From the IMG/VR virus record IMGVR_UViG_3300029267_003506: a DNA stretch of 64,000 nt; one strand, 5' to 3'. Below the pieces are notes generated by a model. The model was not told where the DNA came from. It did no database searches and worked only from the letters and a program-made list of their open reading frames with translations. Shown here piece after piece: positions 1 through 10,418 of this stretch (positions within the stretch are counted from its first letter, which is position 1; every line of letters begins with the position of its first letter). The position numbers and the translations under genes are program-made. The DNA is from a virus (lineage: Duplodnaviria; Heunggongvirae; Uroviricota; Caudoviricetes).

Positions 1-420
1 CGATGAAGAAGAAGAGGAAGAAGACCTGCTGCTCGACGAATTGCTGCTGTGAGACTCGCTACTCGTCGAGGAACTACTTGAGGAACTGCTTGAAGAGGTG
101 AGAGCGCAAGCCCCACCAAATACATCAGGAGGCGGATTGAGACCGGTAAACTCCACCCATTCTCCATCGTCGGGAGCGGTAGTGCCTGGCGTGGCGGGAG
201 GAATGGCGTGATAGTCTTGAATCGTCCCGCGTTGCCCGAGAGCCCATTGATTCGTCTCGGCCCAGAACAACTCCATGCCGTTGCTGTTTTCGTAGTAGGG
301 ATACTCATTGAAGTAAGAACCAGTAGCCGTGTAGGTGCCATCGTAGAGAAGATTCCCCGCGCCACGAACGCAATAGTCCGAGAGCAAAGGCACAGTTGAA
401 GAAGAACTTGAAGATGAACT
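1..420 (-). CDS. Ser-rich protein, partial (C-terminus lies beyond the window start)
   Basis: ATG at 420..418, translating MASSSSSSSTVPLLSDYCVRGAGNLLYDGTYTATGSYFNEYPYY... The reading frame stays open to coordinate 1. Absent from the ORF track because it runs off the window edge. Confidence 0.35.
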
Positions 421-447
421 GGACGCCATTTTTTACCCCGCACGCTC

Positions 448-720
448 CTACTCCGGCTTATCCTCACCACCGAACACCTGCATCGCTTCCATGACATCCG
501 CGAAGTAAGGATTGATGGCAGTGTCAAACAAGTCTCCGATTTTCCGCTTGGCTTCCTCTTCTTGAGGCGTCGAGGCAGCCACTTTCGGGAGAGTTTCCTC
601 GATGACCTGGATGCTAAGAAGAATGGCGTCAATAGCCTTGTCAATCTCCTCAAGGGCTGGGTCGCTTCCTTCGTCAGCGGCAATGCGAGTAACCATTTTG
701 TCAAGCCTCTCTTCGTTCAT
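448..720 (-). CDS. small acidic hypothetical protein
   Basis: 90-aa ORF directly downstream of the repeat protein. Acidic composition. ATGA stop/start overlap with the upstream gene at 717..720. Confidence 0.4.
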   Translation of the reverse strand: MNEERLDKMVTRIAADEGSDPALEEIDKAIDAILLSIQVIEETLPKVAASTPQEEEAKRKIGDLFDTAINPYFADVMEAMQVFGGEDKPE

Positions 721-3077
721 CTCATGCGTCTCCCTACGGCCGAAACTTTCAAATCGGGGTCCTGGTCAACGTCCTTATCTTGCTCAGACGGCTTCTTGTG
801 CTTCTTGCTCCAGGGCTTTTTCAGGTCTTCGCGAGGTGGCTTTTCCTTGGGCTCCGTCTTCTTGTACGAGCCGCCACCCGTATCTTGCATGAGGTCCTTG
901 TCTTTGCGATTCATCTGAAGACCTCGTGCGCCGGTAATCACCATGTCTTCCGCTGCACCGTTCCCTTCCGGTGCCTTTTTGCTCATCACCTTTTCAACCA
1001 ACCTGTCTATTTGCTCGGGAGAAAGCGTGGAAGAGTCGTTCTCGTCCTGACCCATCAAGAAGGCGGAGGCGACGCGTTCCTCGGCTGCACGACGTTTCTT
1101 GGCTTTCGGTCTTCCTTTCTTGCGGCGCGTGCGTTCCTCCTTCCGTTGCTTCTGTATGGTTTTCTTGCTGGGTTTTGTCCTACTCTTTGTGGCGACAGCG
1201 GAAGGATTAGACAACAACTCGTGAAAAAGCGTTCGTGTGGTCATTCCTTTTTCAATGGCTTTGGTGAGTTCCATGTTGCCGCTCATTAAGCCATCCAAGC
1301 CCTTCAAAACACGTTCGTTGACCTGCGAGGGCGTCTCTCCTGTTTTTTCCGCTACAGCCTCTACGGACTGCATGTGCTGCTTTTCGTCTGGTTCCTTCGG
1401 GTTCACCTTCTCAAGCGATTTTTTGGCTTCCGTGGTCTGTTTTTCGGTAACCTCTGGTGGGTTGCCGGTCCTTGGAGTTTTGAGCCCGAATTGTTTCAAG
1501 ACACCTTCGAAGAATTTCCGAGCATCCATGGTACCAGTGCTGGAATCTCTGGAGTCAATCCCTATCTTATCAATGGCATCCAGATCCTCCGCTGACATTT
1601 TTCGAGTCGCCTCTTCGAATTGCCCACTGAGTCCCGACCATTTTGCCATTGTTGCAGCAAGGTTCATTTCCGGACGCTTCTTCAAGGCGCTCCGGATCTC
1701 CTTGAGGCTCATCGGCTTCTTCTCAGGTTTTGCTTCCGGCTTTGCTTCCGCTTCTGGTTTTGCTTCCGCTTCTGGTTTTGCTTCCGGCTTCTTCTCAGGT
1801 TTTGCTTCCGGCTTTGCTTCCGCTTCTGGTTTTGCTTCCGGCTTCTTCTCAGGTTTTGCTTCCGGCTTCTTCTCAGGTTTTACTTCCGGCTTTGCTTCCG
1901 CTTCTGGTTTTTCCTCCGGCTTCATCTCCCGACCCATGCCTTTGTTGAATTTTTCCAGGTCGCTTCGAAAAACAGCAGCCTCGTCCTCGTCACCTCGCTC
2001 AGTAGCCGCGTCAATCTGCTTCTGGATAGCCGCCTCTACTTCGTCCGGGCTATGCTTCTCCAGTGGATTCTCATCACCAGGAAAATAGTTCTTGGCGATA
2101 CCTTCAGCCGTCTGTTCCTTTGGCTTCTGTGCGGCAGGAGCCTTCCATGTCTGACCCGCCTTCACCTTCTCGGAAAGCCTTTTTTTGGCTGCTTCTGGAA
2201 GATCACCAAAGCGGTAACTCTTGCCCGTTTTCGCATTGGTCATGATAGTGTCATCGCCAATTGGATAGTCACTTTCCGCCTTGGTAAATCCTTTGTCTGT
2301 CATGGCTTTTTCATCAGACAAGTCGAGCGGGTTGTCTTTGTCATACCAATCCGGAGATGGTCGGTCGAGTGCCTTCATTTCTGACTGCGACGGCTGCTTG
2401 CCCGACTCAGGCTTGACTTTCTCTTTCTGAGAGACTTTTCCTGGCTCCGTCTTCTGATAGACGACCTTTCCGGTCTCTGTATTTTTCCAGCCGGGCAATC
2501 CCTTCTTGTTTTTCGTCTTCATTGGTTGCCACTTCGCCAGCATCATCCGGGCAACCTCGATGTATGCGCTTGCAGCCTTGTCGATTTCCTGCTCTGACGC
2601 TTCTTTTACCGGCGTTCTTCCCGGCTTCGCATAAAGAAGCGCCATCACCATGTCAATCAGATCCCTCACCAAGGCAACCTCATCACCCGGGGTCTCACTA
2701 GGTTTCTTTGCCGGTTTGGGACTCTCCGCCTCTGTCTCGTCGCCCAGTCCCTCTACTACTGCCTTCCCGTCAAAGGTTCCCTCGCCGGCAGCCTCTTCCT
2801 GCTTTTCCTTGGGTTCGAGTTGGTCAAATTGCTTCTGGATATCCCTAGCCACCGCGTCATCGTAGCCCTTGGCTAACTCGTTCAAGCTACTTGCCACGTC
2901 AGCAATGTTGTCTTTCGTTACCTCGGCATCCCAATTGACGTCTTCTGCAGCCGTTCGGATGACAAGAGAACCGAGTCCCGCCTTTTCCAGGACACGATCA
3001 AGGATCTGGCTCTGATTAGCATTCGTCAGCCAGTCAACGGCACTCATGCGCACCAATGCTGATGTAATTTCGCTCAC
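717..3077 (-). CDS. large acidic head-module protein with (KPEA)n tandem repeats; possibly scaffold or minor head protein
   Basis: 786-aa ORF immediately after the putative portal. Low-complexity EAKPEKKPEAKPE... run encoded by DNA tandem repeats at about 1730..1920. The function is inferred from position only. Confidence 0.5.
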   Translation of the reverse strand: MSEITSALVRMSAVDWLTNANQSQILDRVLEKAGLGSLVIRTAAEDVNWDAEVTKDNIADVASSLNELAKGYDDAVARDIQKQFDQLEPKEKQEEAAGEGTFDGKAVVEGLGDETEAESPKPAKKPSETPGDEVALVRDLIDMVMALLYAKPGRTPVKEASEQEIDKAASAYIEVARMMLAKWQPMKTKNKKGLPGWKNTETGKVVYQKTEPGKVSQKEKVKPESGKQPSQSEMKALDRPSPDWYDKDNPLDLSDEKAMTDKGFTKAESDYPIGDDTIMTNAKTGKSYRFGDLPEAAKKRLSEKVKAGQTWKAPAAQKPKEQTAEGIAKNYFPGDENPLEKHSPDEVEAAIQKQIDAATERGDEDEAAVFRSDLEKFNKGMGREMKPEEKPEAEAKPEVKPEKKPEAKPEKKPEAKPEAEAKPEAKPEKKPEAKPEAEAKPEAEAKPEAKPEKKPMSLKEIRSALKKRPEMNLAATMAKWSGLSGQFEEATRKMSAEDLDAIDKIGIDSRDSSTGTMDARKFFEGVLKQFGLKTPRTGNPPEVTEKQTTEAKKSLEKVNPKEPDEKQHMQSVEAVAEKTGETPSQVNERVLKGLDGLMSGNMELTKAIEKGMTTRTLFHELLSNPSAVATKSRTKPSKKTIQKQRKEERTRRKKGRPKAKKRRAAEERVASAFLMGQDENDSSTLSPEQIDRLVEKVMSKKAPEGNGAAEDMVITGARGLQMNRKDKDLMQDTGGGSYKKTEPKEKPPREDLKKPWSKKHKKPSEQDKDVDQDPDLKVSAVGRRMR
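1730..1920. repeat. degenerate 12/24-bp tandem repeats encoding (KPEA/KPEK)n
   Basis: GGTTTTGCTTCCGGCTTTGCTTCCGCTTCT... periodic repeats inside gene 717..3077. Confidence 0.7.
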
Positions 3078-5089
3078 GACACTCCAGCCCCCGCCAACTC
3101 CTCAACCACTTCCCTGACTTCTCCCTCGTCCGCGTCCTCCGGCAATTCCTCTGCAATGCTCGTTGCCATCTCATCCAACGCAGATTCCTCTTCTGCCGCA
3201 GGTTCCTCCGCACCGAACCCACCCTCAAAGCCTCCACCGAATCCGCTCTCTCCGAATTCACCCTCGCCCTCACCTTGGGGCGCGGACACTTTGAGACCCA
3301 GGTACTTGCCAACCTTGTCCACGACGTCGGAACGCTCCACAAGCGCACGACCCACCTCGTCATCCACGTTCTCAATGGTACGATTGAAATTCGGGTCCTT
3401 GACCGTGAAAAGTTGCTCCTTGATTTTTTCATGAATGTAATCACTATCAAGATTGAACAACTCGTAGAGCACGTCGATATCCATAGAACCTTTCTGGTAG
3501 AGTTGAAACAGGTTCTCGAAGACCTCCTGATTATCCCTAATGCTCAAGCGGTTAAAGGCAACTCGCGGATACCAATATTTGCGCACGCCGTATCTCGTGT
3601 CCTCATACCACTTGTGCGCCTCTGCCACCGGCCGGAACAAACTCCGCTCCACATAACGCTGAAGCATCTGACGAGTGAGCAAAAAGATAGTGTTCAGGAT
3701 CTCAACAGTAATCCGATTGCCGCTATACGTGCCTTCGCCAGTCAACAACTCCCTCGTCACCCCCAACCCAGCGAATACCTGATTCTCGATCATCTCATAT
3801 TCGCTGGCAAGATCAAGCAAGCGAGCATCAGCGCCAATCTGCTCCCAATCCCACTCGTAGTTCGTGACTACAGAGTATTCAGGGTCCATGTAGGACAAGT
3901 CGATTTGAGCCCGCAATTGTTCAATTTCCGACTCATTCAAACCTGGAGCCGAGATCTTGTTTTTCGGCGTCATGTTTCTCGTAGCCAAGGCAAGTTGCGT
4001 GTAGCGGTAGTTTTCCTTCTGCAGCATGGGGACCAAGACGCGTTCTAACACGGAGGCACCCAAATCCATGTACGGACTGCGACGACGAGCAAAATGATAC
4101 GCAAAGGAACCAGGTCTGCCTCCAGCCATGGGATCGGTATCCATGACGATACAATCCTGCTCCCTTATCATCTTCACGACCTCGGGAGGGATATTCTTGA
4201 CCAGTGTTTTCATCATTTCAACTCGACTACATGCCGCCTTGTCTTCCTGCGGCACATCGTAACCTGTCACATCAGCCGATGCCTTGACAATTTGCATCAG
4301 TTTTTCAGGACGATACTCAATGCGTGCGTTATCACTGAACGGATAGGTAAAACAATTTACCTCTTCCGGCGGCAGCATCACAATTTTGTTCCATCGCTTC
4401 TCTTTCGCGGACCACTCATGAAAGAGGAAGGAGTTTCCGATCATGTTCCATTCCCACAAGATTTCCTGCAGGCGCTCAAAAAGATTCAAATTCTCGCACA
4501 TGTCCTGAAAGAATTCATAGATTTCGTTTTTGAGTCCTTTCTTCGGTATCTTGGGCATGTTCAGTGTGATTTTGCTCATCGGCAGGTCAGACAGCAACTC
4601 CAACGCCCGTCCAACATAAGCATCCGTTCTTGAGAAGTACCTATACCATTCGTACTTCTCACGGAGGCTAACGGGCCAGTAGAGAACGCCCCCGTTTTGC
4701 TGGTTCATCATCACAAAATAGGTCGGAACATCACGAACGCCGCCTCCATAGAGCGTATTTCCAGAGGCGTAACTTGTGTGATATGCATCGAGAGACGAAC
4801 TGCCCCAAAGGCCATCCATCCCCGTGGATTGACTCATCATCATTCCGGCAGTACGCATTCTCGGAAGCCCAGAAGCGATTAAACCGTTCTTTTCGCGGAC
4901 AGCAGCAATGCGTGCCTTGACATCATTTACCGGTCCACGCTGGAGTCCCGGGGAGGGAATGCCACCAATAGCGTCATCAGTTCGCGCAGAGGCTTCGGAC
5001 AATGCCTGTTCTACTGCCGCGTCCCGAAGCGTCGCTGTGCGTTTTCTCTGCGGGGTTCTTCTCTTCACCGGTGTTTTCCTCTTCGCCAT
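3074..5089 (-). CDS. putative portal protein
   Basis: 671-aa ORF two genes downstream of the large terminase. Size and acidic Gly-rich C-terminal tail (GEGEGEFGESGFGGG...) fit a portal. No specific motif was recognised. Confidence 0.5.
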   Translation of the reverse strand: MAKRKTPVKRRTPQRKRTATLRDAAVEQALSEASARTDDAIGGIPSPGLQRGPVNDVKARIAAVREKNGLIASGLPRMRTAGMMMSQSTGMDGLWGSSSLDAYHTSYASGNTLYGGGVRDVPTYFVMMNQQNGGVLYWPVSLREKYEWYRYFSRTDAYVGRALELLSDLPMSKITLNMPKIPKKGLKNEIYEFFQDMCENLNLFERLQEILWEWNMIGNSFLFHEWSAKEKRWNKIVMLPPEEVNCFTYPFSDNARIEYRPEKLMQIVKASADVTGYDVPQEDKAACSRVEMMKTLVKNIPPEVVKMIREQDCIVMDTDPMAGGRPGSFAYHFARRRSPYMDLGASVLERVLVPMLQKENYRYTQLALATRNMTPKNKISAPGLNESEIEQLRAQIDLSYMDPEYSVVTNYEWDWEQIGADARLLDLASEYEMIENQVFAGLGVTRELLTGEGTYSGNRITVEILNTIFLLTRQMLQRYVERSLFRPVAEAHKWYEDTRYGVRKYWYPRVAFNRLSIRDNQEVFENLFQLYQKGSMDIDVLYELFNLDSDYIHEKIKEQLFTVKDPNFNRTIENVDDEVGRALVERSDVVDKVGKYLGLKVSAPQGEGEGEFGESGFGGGFEGGFGAEEPAAEEESALDEMATSIAEELPEDADEGEVREVVEELAGAGVS

Positions 5090-5120
5090 TGTAAGGCTCC
5101 TCTATATTGTCATCGAGTTA

Positions 5121-5723
5121 TCAAGATCCATCTCGCTCAATGCGCTTGTCATTGAGTTTCGACGTAGTCAGTCCCCGATGCGTTGCAAGAAGCAATCTTT
5201 GCAGTCGTGTTGCCTTCACCATTGCACCTCCAATCAGGTCTTTTTCCAGGACCTGCACAGTACCTCCCACCTCCGCCGCATGCGTTGCCAGGGCATCAAT
5301 GGAACCGTTCACTTCCTTCATATGCTCCATCAATTTTCCCACCTCATCGCGTACTGTCGCGGTATGTTCAGCCAGTTCGTCCAGTGCCCGGTTCGTTTCT
5401 CCTGCGGCTTTCTGACTGGCTTTGTCAGCGCTATCCTCTGCCGCCCGCCGAGAGTGCCTCTTCTGTGCTCTCTTAGCGCGCCTAGCCTTCATACGCTCAA
5501 CAGCCTCGTGTTGCTGTTTCTCAAACTCCTGGCGCTGCTCAAACTGCTCACGCGCGCGCTCCATCGCCACACGCATTGGATGTCCCGCAGGCAGATCCTC
5601 CGCAGTTTCTCTTCCTTCTCTCCTACGTTTTTCTTTTTGGATGCGCTCTTGCTCGTCCAGTTGTGTCGCTGCTTGTATCACACTGGACAAATCCTCATCC
5701 GACAAACTTCCGTGCTTTTTCAT
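5121..5723 (-). CDS. coiled-coil hypothetical protein
   Basis: 200-aa charged, coiled-coil-like ORF between the terminase and the portal. Confidence 0.45.
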   Translation of the reverse strand: MKKHGSLSDEDLSSVIQAATQLDEQERIQKEKRRREGRETAEDLPAGHPMRVAMERAREQFEQRQEFEKQQHEAVERMKARRAKRAQKRHSRRAAEDSADKASQKAAGETNRALDELAEHTATVRDEVGKLMEHMKEVNGSIDALATHAAEVGGTVQVLEKDLIGGAMVKATRLQRLLLATHRGLTTSKLNDKRIERDGS

Positions 5724-5744
5724 ATTCCCACTCCTTTCAGAGTG

Positions 5745-7586
5745 CTAAACAAATCGCGTCCGCGTGTGGCTTCTTTCTACCCTCCTCGGATGCGCGCCGT
5801 GCATTCTGGACTGCGCTCGTTGGTGATTTTTCATCGCCATTGTCATTCCACGACTTCCAATTGCCGCTGCGCCGGCTCCTCCTGTCAGATTCGTGTTTTT
5901 TGGACCGTCAGCACCATACGCCTCAAAAATGGCTCGGGCGCAAGCATCGGCGAGGTCATCGTGCGCACCTCGCTTGTTAGGAGCCCGCACTTCTATCCTG
6001 GCTTTGGATTTGCGTTCAGCCTCCAACCCTAGAATCTCGGATTCCAGCGTTTCATCATCGTAAAACTCGATCATCTGTTCACTATACAAAGTCTTGAACA
6101 GTTGATAGGTGTCGCTGTTCATCCTGTCTGTCACTTGCTCCATGCGAAATTGCTTCAAGCCCATGGAGTGCAGGATTTCCAGAAGCGAATATCCATTCCA
6201 TTGATCAAACCACCCAGACTTGATTGGAAACCAGCGACACAAATTCTTAATCTCTTCGGCAATAAGAGCCACTGGAATCACGTCGTGTTCGGCATATTTA
6301 TTGCAACCCTTATAGATGTTGTTGGAAACCTCCCACACGTCAGAGGAGCCCGAGAACCAGACTTGCGCCCAATCCACGATAATGCGTGAGGGAGTGCCGG
6401 CAAACACCTTCCCCCGGCGATTGATGCCCTGTTCGCGGTGACAAATGACAATTGCTGTGCCGTCGTTCTTGACGCCCAGGTCAACACCCATGAAATAGTC
6501 TGTTCCCGTCTGTCCGCGCACCGGCTTGGGACGACCTCTAACGATGCACGCTTTGAATTTATCTTCGTCATCAACCCAACTTGTGACCTTATCGCTGAAC
6601 TCACCAGCGTACTCGGTCATGAAGCCAATGCGATCCCTCTGACGTTCCGCACGGAGAAACGCAGACGGAATGGTTGGATTGACGAGGGATGAATACATCT
6701 GAAACATGATAGTATTTTCACACTGATTGAAACTATCAACATACAAGTCCCAAAACTGTCCGTATTTGGCATAGGGAGAACTGATACCTACCATCTTGCC
6801 GTCGCCCTTGAACGAGCCAATGGAGGGTTTCAGAGCCTTGTAAACCTCGGAGCCAGAAAATCGACCGTTGTTGTCGATGAAGTGCGCCATCTCGTCCATC
6901 ACGACCACGATATTGTTATGCCCGCGCAGGCTGTTAGAAGCACAACCACCAGCCAAGGACATGATGCTAGCCCGGCGCTTTTTACTCGGAAGGTTGCGAT
7001 CAGAATCAGTTTGCACGTTGAAATAGGTCAGCGTTTGATTCACTATCCGGTCACGCAAGAAAGGGCAACCGAGAACGTTCTTCTGCAGCATATTGAAGAC
7101 AATGCTGGCTTGGTCATCAGTCGGCGCAACGTTCGTGATGGCGACAGTGGTGTCGGGGGGGAACCCGTAGAAAGCCGAAGGGTCGCCCCTTTTGACGAGT
7201 TTGTACACCTCGTAGCAAGAGATACAAGAGGCTATTGTTGACTTGCCACTTCGCCTGCCCATGACCAGAATGAGTTCGGTATACGGAGCCTCGATGATTT
7301 CTCGGCTGTTGCAACGACCTTCCTCATAAAGCCACTTCAGGAACTCAACCTCGGTAAATTCGTAGAGTATCTTGTCATTGATGATATTCGGGACCTGGAT
7401 GCTACGTTCCTGATTATCTAATGGGAGCCCGTAATACACCTTGAGTACGCACTTTTGGACCGGGAAAAGCGTCAGATTGAGACCCCATGGAGCCTCCACA
7501 AACGTAATCACGTCGGCTACATCCGTCGTGTTTCCGGAAAGAAACTCCTCGGTGAGTTCGTCCATGAAGTCGTTTTTTTTAGTCAT
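5745..7586 (-). CDS. terL: terminase large subunit
   Basis: Walker A (VMGRRSGKST), Walker B (VVVMDEMAHF), and a C-terminal RNase-H-like nuclease region (GVDLGVKNDGTAIVICH). 613 aa. Confidence 0.85.
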   Translation of the reverse strand: MTKKNDFMDELTEEFLSGNTTDVADVITFVEAPWGLNLTLFPVQKCVLKVYYGLPLDNQERSIQVPNIINDKILYEFTEVEFLKWLYEEGRCNSREIIEAPYTELILVMGRRSGKSTIASCISCYEVYKLVKRGDPSAFYGFPPDTTVAITNVAPTDDQASIVFNMLQKNVLGCPFLRDRIVNQTLTYFNVQTDSDRNLPSKKRRASIMSLAGGCASNSLRGHNNIVVVMDEMAHFIDNNGRFSGSEVYKALKPSIGSFKGDGKMVGISSPYAKYGQFWDLYVDSFNQCENTIMFQMYSSLVNPTIPSAFLRAERQRDRIGFMTEYAGEFSDKVTSWVDDEDKFKACIVRGRPKPVRGQTGTDYFMGVDLGVKNDGTAIVICHREQGINRRGKVFAGTPSRIIVDWAQVWFSGSSDVWEVSNNIYKGCNKYAEHDVIPVALIAEEIKNLCRWFPIKSGWFDQWNGYSLLEILHSMGLKQFRMEQVTDRMNSDTYQLFKTLYSEQMIEFYDDETLESEILGLEAERKSKARIEVRAPNKRGAHDDLADACARAIFEAYGADGPKNTNLTGGAGAAAIGSRGMTMAMKNHQRAQSRMHGAHPRRVERSHTRTRFV

Positions 7587-8188
7587 CGCTGGTTCTTCTC
7601 TGGATTCAACACCGAACTACCTTGCAATTCCGTCTTTAGTTCACCTTCCCATGCATCCATGACACTCGCAAACGTCCGAAAGAAAGTGTCGGAAGCCTCG
7701 TCACTGTACTTGAGAAGTTTGAACACATGTCTCACCTTGGACATGAAGAATTTGAAGATAACCCGCATGGCTGGGCTCTCCACGTCAATGCCATGGTCAC
7801 GGTCGAAAACCAGTTTTGTCTGTACCGCCTTGAGCGCCCTATCCAATACCTCTGCACGCTTTGTAGAGATAACCGAAGCGTCTCGTAATTCGCCGTCCTC
7901 AGTGGCTACCAACTCATTCCCGAGGAGATGATCCGTTTCCTGGATAATCTCAGCCACGATAGCCATAACCATGGCTTCGCTGTTATCCCGACCCTGGAGG
8001 CGCAATTTCTCAGCCAGCGAGGAAGCCCCGTGGTGGTAGTCACGCACCAGGTTTGCCCGATGCTCCCTCATGTTGGTAGCCGGCGGGGGAGTTTCGGTCG
8101 GCAGGTTAGTCTCGGGACTGGCAACTACAAGTTCGGTCGTCGGTCCCTCGTCAAAACCCTCGTCCCGGCTGAAATCGTCAGCAGCCAT
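7583..8188 (-). CDS. hypothetical protein; positional candidate for the terminase small subunit
   Basis: 201-aa ORF directly upstream of terL, with a 4-nt overlap. No motif was recognised. Confidence 0.35.
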   Translation of the reverse strand: MAADDFSRDEGFDEGPTTELVVASPETNLPTETPPPATNMREHRANLVRDYHHGASSLAEKLRLQGRDNSEAMVMAIVAEIIQETDHLLGNELVATEDGELRDASVISTKRAEVLDRALKAVQTKLVFDRDHGIDVESPAMRVIFKFFMSKVRHVFKLLKYSDEASDTFFRTFASVMDAWEGELKTELQGSSVLNPEKNQR

Positions 8189-8250
8189 TTAGTCCCTTCT
8201 CGTCGTTCCCAACTCAATTTTTCAGGCAGCACTTCATGCAGAAAACAACA

Positions 8251-9465
8251 TCAACCAAAGTCGATTTCTGCCGTCTCTTCAATGTCGAGAGGCGCGATTT
8301 GCTCTGCGGGTTCGTCCAGCCCAATGTCGGAGATGCCCTCAAACTCAGGATCAAGAACCACTGACGGGTCGATATCAAGATCCATCTCTGCTACTGCTGC
8401 GAGCACGATGTCTTCCTGCTCTACGTGCTGCACTTCAACATCTTCGACCGCGACCTTTTCGACTTCCCGGTCACTTTCGACCGTCAAACTCGCGACATCA
8501 ACCCCAAAGGTCTCAATCTCAGGAGTCGGCGCGTTACCAACCTCCGCCGTCACGATAGACGCTTCCATTGCGTAGTCGTTCGCCTTATCCGCAGCATTGA
8601 CGTTGCGATTCATATCCGCTGTCGCTTTGGCTTTGCGCTTACGATTGACGAGACGAAATGCTTGGCGCAATTTCTCAAAGTTGTCGGCTGATTCGCGGCT
8701 CTCAATCTCCTTGATTTCGTCATCATTCAACTCGCCAAATTGAGCCAATTCAAGCATGGTGGTGCCGTAGTTCTCGTCGCTTATGCTCTCCTCGTGTGGA
8801 CCCGAAGACATAACAATGATGGGCATGTTCAGAGGCTTGTAAACAGCCTGCTCCATAGTGCGCCTCTCGTCGTTACCCAAAAGCCCATCAATGGAGCCGT
8901 TTTCCATACTGGCTCTCGTCGCATAGTGCCTTTCCACGAGTGCGCTGGACTCAATCTGCTCAGGGGTCATAAGCACGTAACTGATGAAGCGTTTATAGGG
9001 CGACCTGCGGGATGCCTTGAGTGCTGCTTCGTGGTCTTTTTGTCCCCGCAGGTCCAGCGCCACACAGCCGATGATACCTTCCGCCGCCGTGAGTTTCTTC
9101 AACTCAGGAATAGCAGCCTTAATCACGTCGGGGGCGAAATGCGTCCGAAGAGCCGCAACCAAGTCACCGTGCATGAATCCCTGATGCATCAACACACGCG
9201 CTGCCGCCACACATGATTCCGTCGCCTGCCAGGGCATCTCGACATCCATTTCATCCTCAATGGTGGTCGGCGGCAGGTCCTCCGGGGAATTTACACTGCC
9301 ACGCCCCCACTCTACGGCGAGGTCATCCTTGGTGTTAATGTCCTTGTCTGCCGGCTCGAAAGTCTCTGCGTTCTGCAGCCAATCAAGGTTGGCAAGCGGC
9401 TCCTCAGCCATCATCCTGGTCAAATCCATATTGGCACCCTCTCTACTCGGAGAAGCCTTCAGCAA
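8251..9465 (-). CDS. acidic hypothetical protein
   Basis: 404-aa ORF with a D/E-rich C-terminal half. Confidence 0.5.
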   Translation of the reverse strand: MLKASPSREGANMDLTRMMAEEPLANLDWLQNAETFEPADKDINTKDDLAVEWGRGSVNSPEDLPPTTIEDEMDVEMPWQATESCVAAARVLMHQGFMHGDLVAALRTHFAPDVIKAAIPELKKLTAAEGIIGCVALDLRGQKDHEAALKASRRSPYKRFISYVLMTPEQIESSALVERHYATRASMENGSIDGLLGNDERRTMEQAVYKPLNMPIIVMSSGPHEESISDENYGTTMLELAQFGELNDDEIKEIESRESADNFEKLRQAFRLVNRKRKAKATADMNRNVNAADKANDYAMEASIVTAEVGNAPTPEIETFGVDVASLTVESDREVEKVAVEDVEVQHVEQEDIVLAAVAEMDLDIDPSVVLDPEFEGISDIGLDEPAEQIAPLDIEETAEIDFG

Positions 9466-9718
9466 GGTCTTCCTCGGTCAAAACATCTGTGTCAAAAACC
9501 GGCTCAATAGAACCACCATCCTCACTCACGCGCCAGAGAGCCTGAGTAGTGCGATGAATGAGCAATTTGCCGTCCCCAGCCGCGCGGAAAAACATGCTCC
9601 TGGCTTTGCGTGTATTAGGCAAGCGCGTACAAAACCGTTTGTGCCCGTCTACCACGCTGTCAATTCCGATAGCCGAATGCCAGACGAAGTCGCTGTAAAA
9701 TTCCTTACCCACGACCAA
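9443..9718 (-). CDS. hypothetical protein
   Basis: 91-aa ORF with protein-like composition. Confidence 0.3.
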   Translation of the reverse strand: MVVGKEFYSDFVWHSAIGIDSVVDGHKRFCTRLPNTRKARSMFFRAAGDGKLLIHRTTQALWRVSEDGGSIEPVFDTDVLTEEDLAEGFSE

Positions 9719-9786
9719 CCCCTCCTCGTGATAGACCGTCAGACCACGACAGCAGGAACACTGCTGTAACCCTCTAAAAAGACAGC

Positions 9787-9804
9787 ATTATCAAAAAAAT
9801 ATGC
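9787..9804 (+). promoter_or_regulatory. AATATCAAGAAAATATG-class motif (ATTATCAAAAAAATATGC)
   Basis: Intergenic. One of six copies, all in the same orientation. Confidence 0.35.
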
Positions 9805-9806
9805 AG

Positions 9807-10418
9807 TCAGGAGGCGCTATCGCGTGACTTATAAAGCCGCTTGACCTTATTCTTGTTACGGGCTATGGCGGCAAATATCTCGTAAGCGTCCCAATGTTTT
9901 CTCTCTCGCAACTGCTTTATGGCTTTGTCAAATGTATATCTGACATAGATTTGTGGCTTTCCGAGGACCTCTGAGGACTGGGTATACGAAGTGGTATAAT
10001 ACATGACGATGAGCGCTTCGATTATCTCGGGTTCGTACTCCTCCGCGCGAAATTCCAAAAAATCCAAAAAGATATCAAAAACGCGCTTGAGATAAACGAT
10101 GAACTCCATGCGTTCGCGTATGCGTCTAATGTCATACACCAGCATAGGTTGCGACCGCCGCAGGATACGGCGCACGGCTTGTTGTTTTTTTCTCGACACG
10201 TAGACGAGATAGAGCACATCCCGGTCTTTGGCGTTCAGCAGGTCAAAAAGGGCTTTGTTCTCCCGGACCTCGCTAACGTCAAAGTGTGGCCGTTGCCGGT
10301 AACTCTCTCTTCCCCACCGTCTTTTCCTGTCTCCATGCCGTCCTACGTGCCTTATTTTCAAGACTATCCCTCGCGCCTTTCCCAACTTGCGGTGAAAGCA
10401 ATCTGATATCAACAGCAT
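9807..10418 (-). CDS. hypothetical protein (start uncertain)
   Basis: 203-aa ORF whose 5' 140 nt overlap the 3' end of the upstream gene. The true start is probably a GTG or TTG near 10280. Confidence 0.3.
   Translation of the reverse strand: MLLISDCFHRKLGKARGIVLKIRHVGRHGDRKRRWGRESYRQRPHFDVSEVRENKALFDLLNAKDRDVLYLVYVSRKKQQAVRRILRRSQPMLVYDIRRIRERMEFIVYLKRVFDIFLDFLEFRAEEYEPEIIEALIVMYYTTSYTQSSEVLGKPQIYVRYTFDKAIKQLRERKHWDAYEIFAAIARNKNKVKRLYKSRDSAS

Noticed and set aside
1237-2384. Plus-strand ORFs 1237..2088, 1620..2384 and 1730..1948, with repetitive FCFRL, LLPLLV and GFASG runs
   Set aside because: They are antisense shadows of the (KPEA)n repeat in minus-strand gene 717..3077. Their translations are repeat artefacts with non-protein-like composition.
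9807-10418. Sigma-70 region-4-like HTH in DRDVLYLVYVSRKKQQAVRRILRRS
   Set aside because: The segment between the two helix-like parts is far too short for a region-4 HTH. Left as hypothetical.
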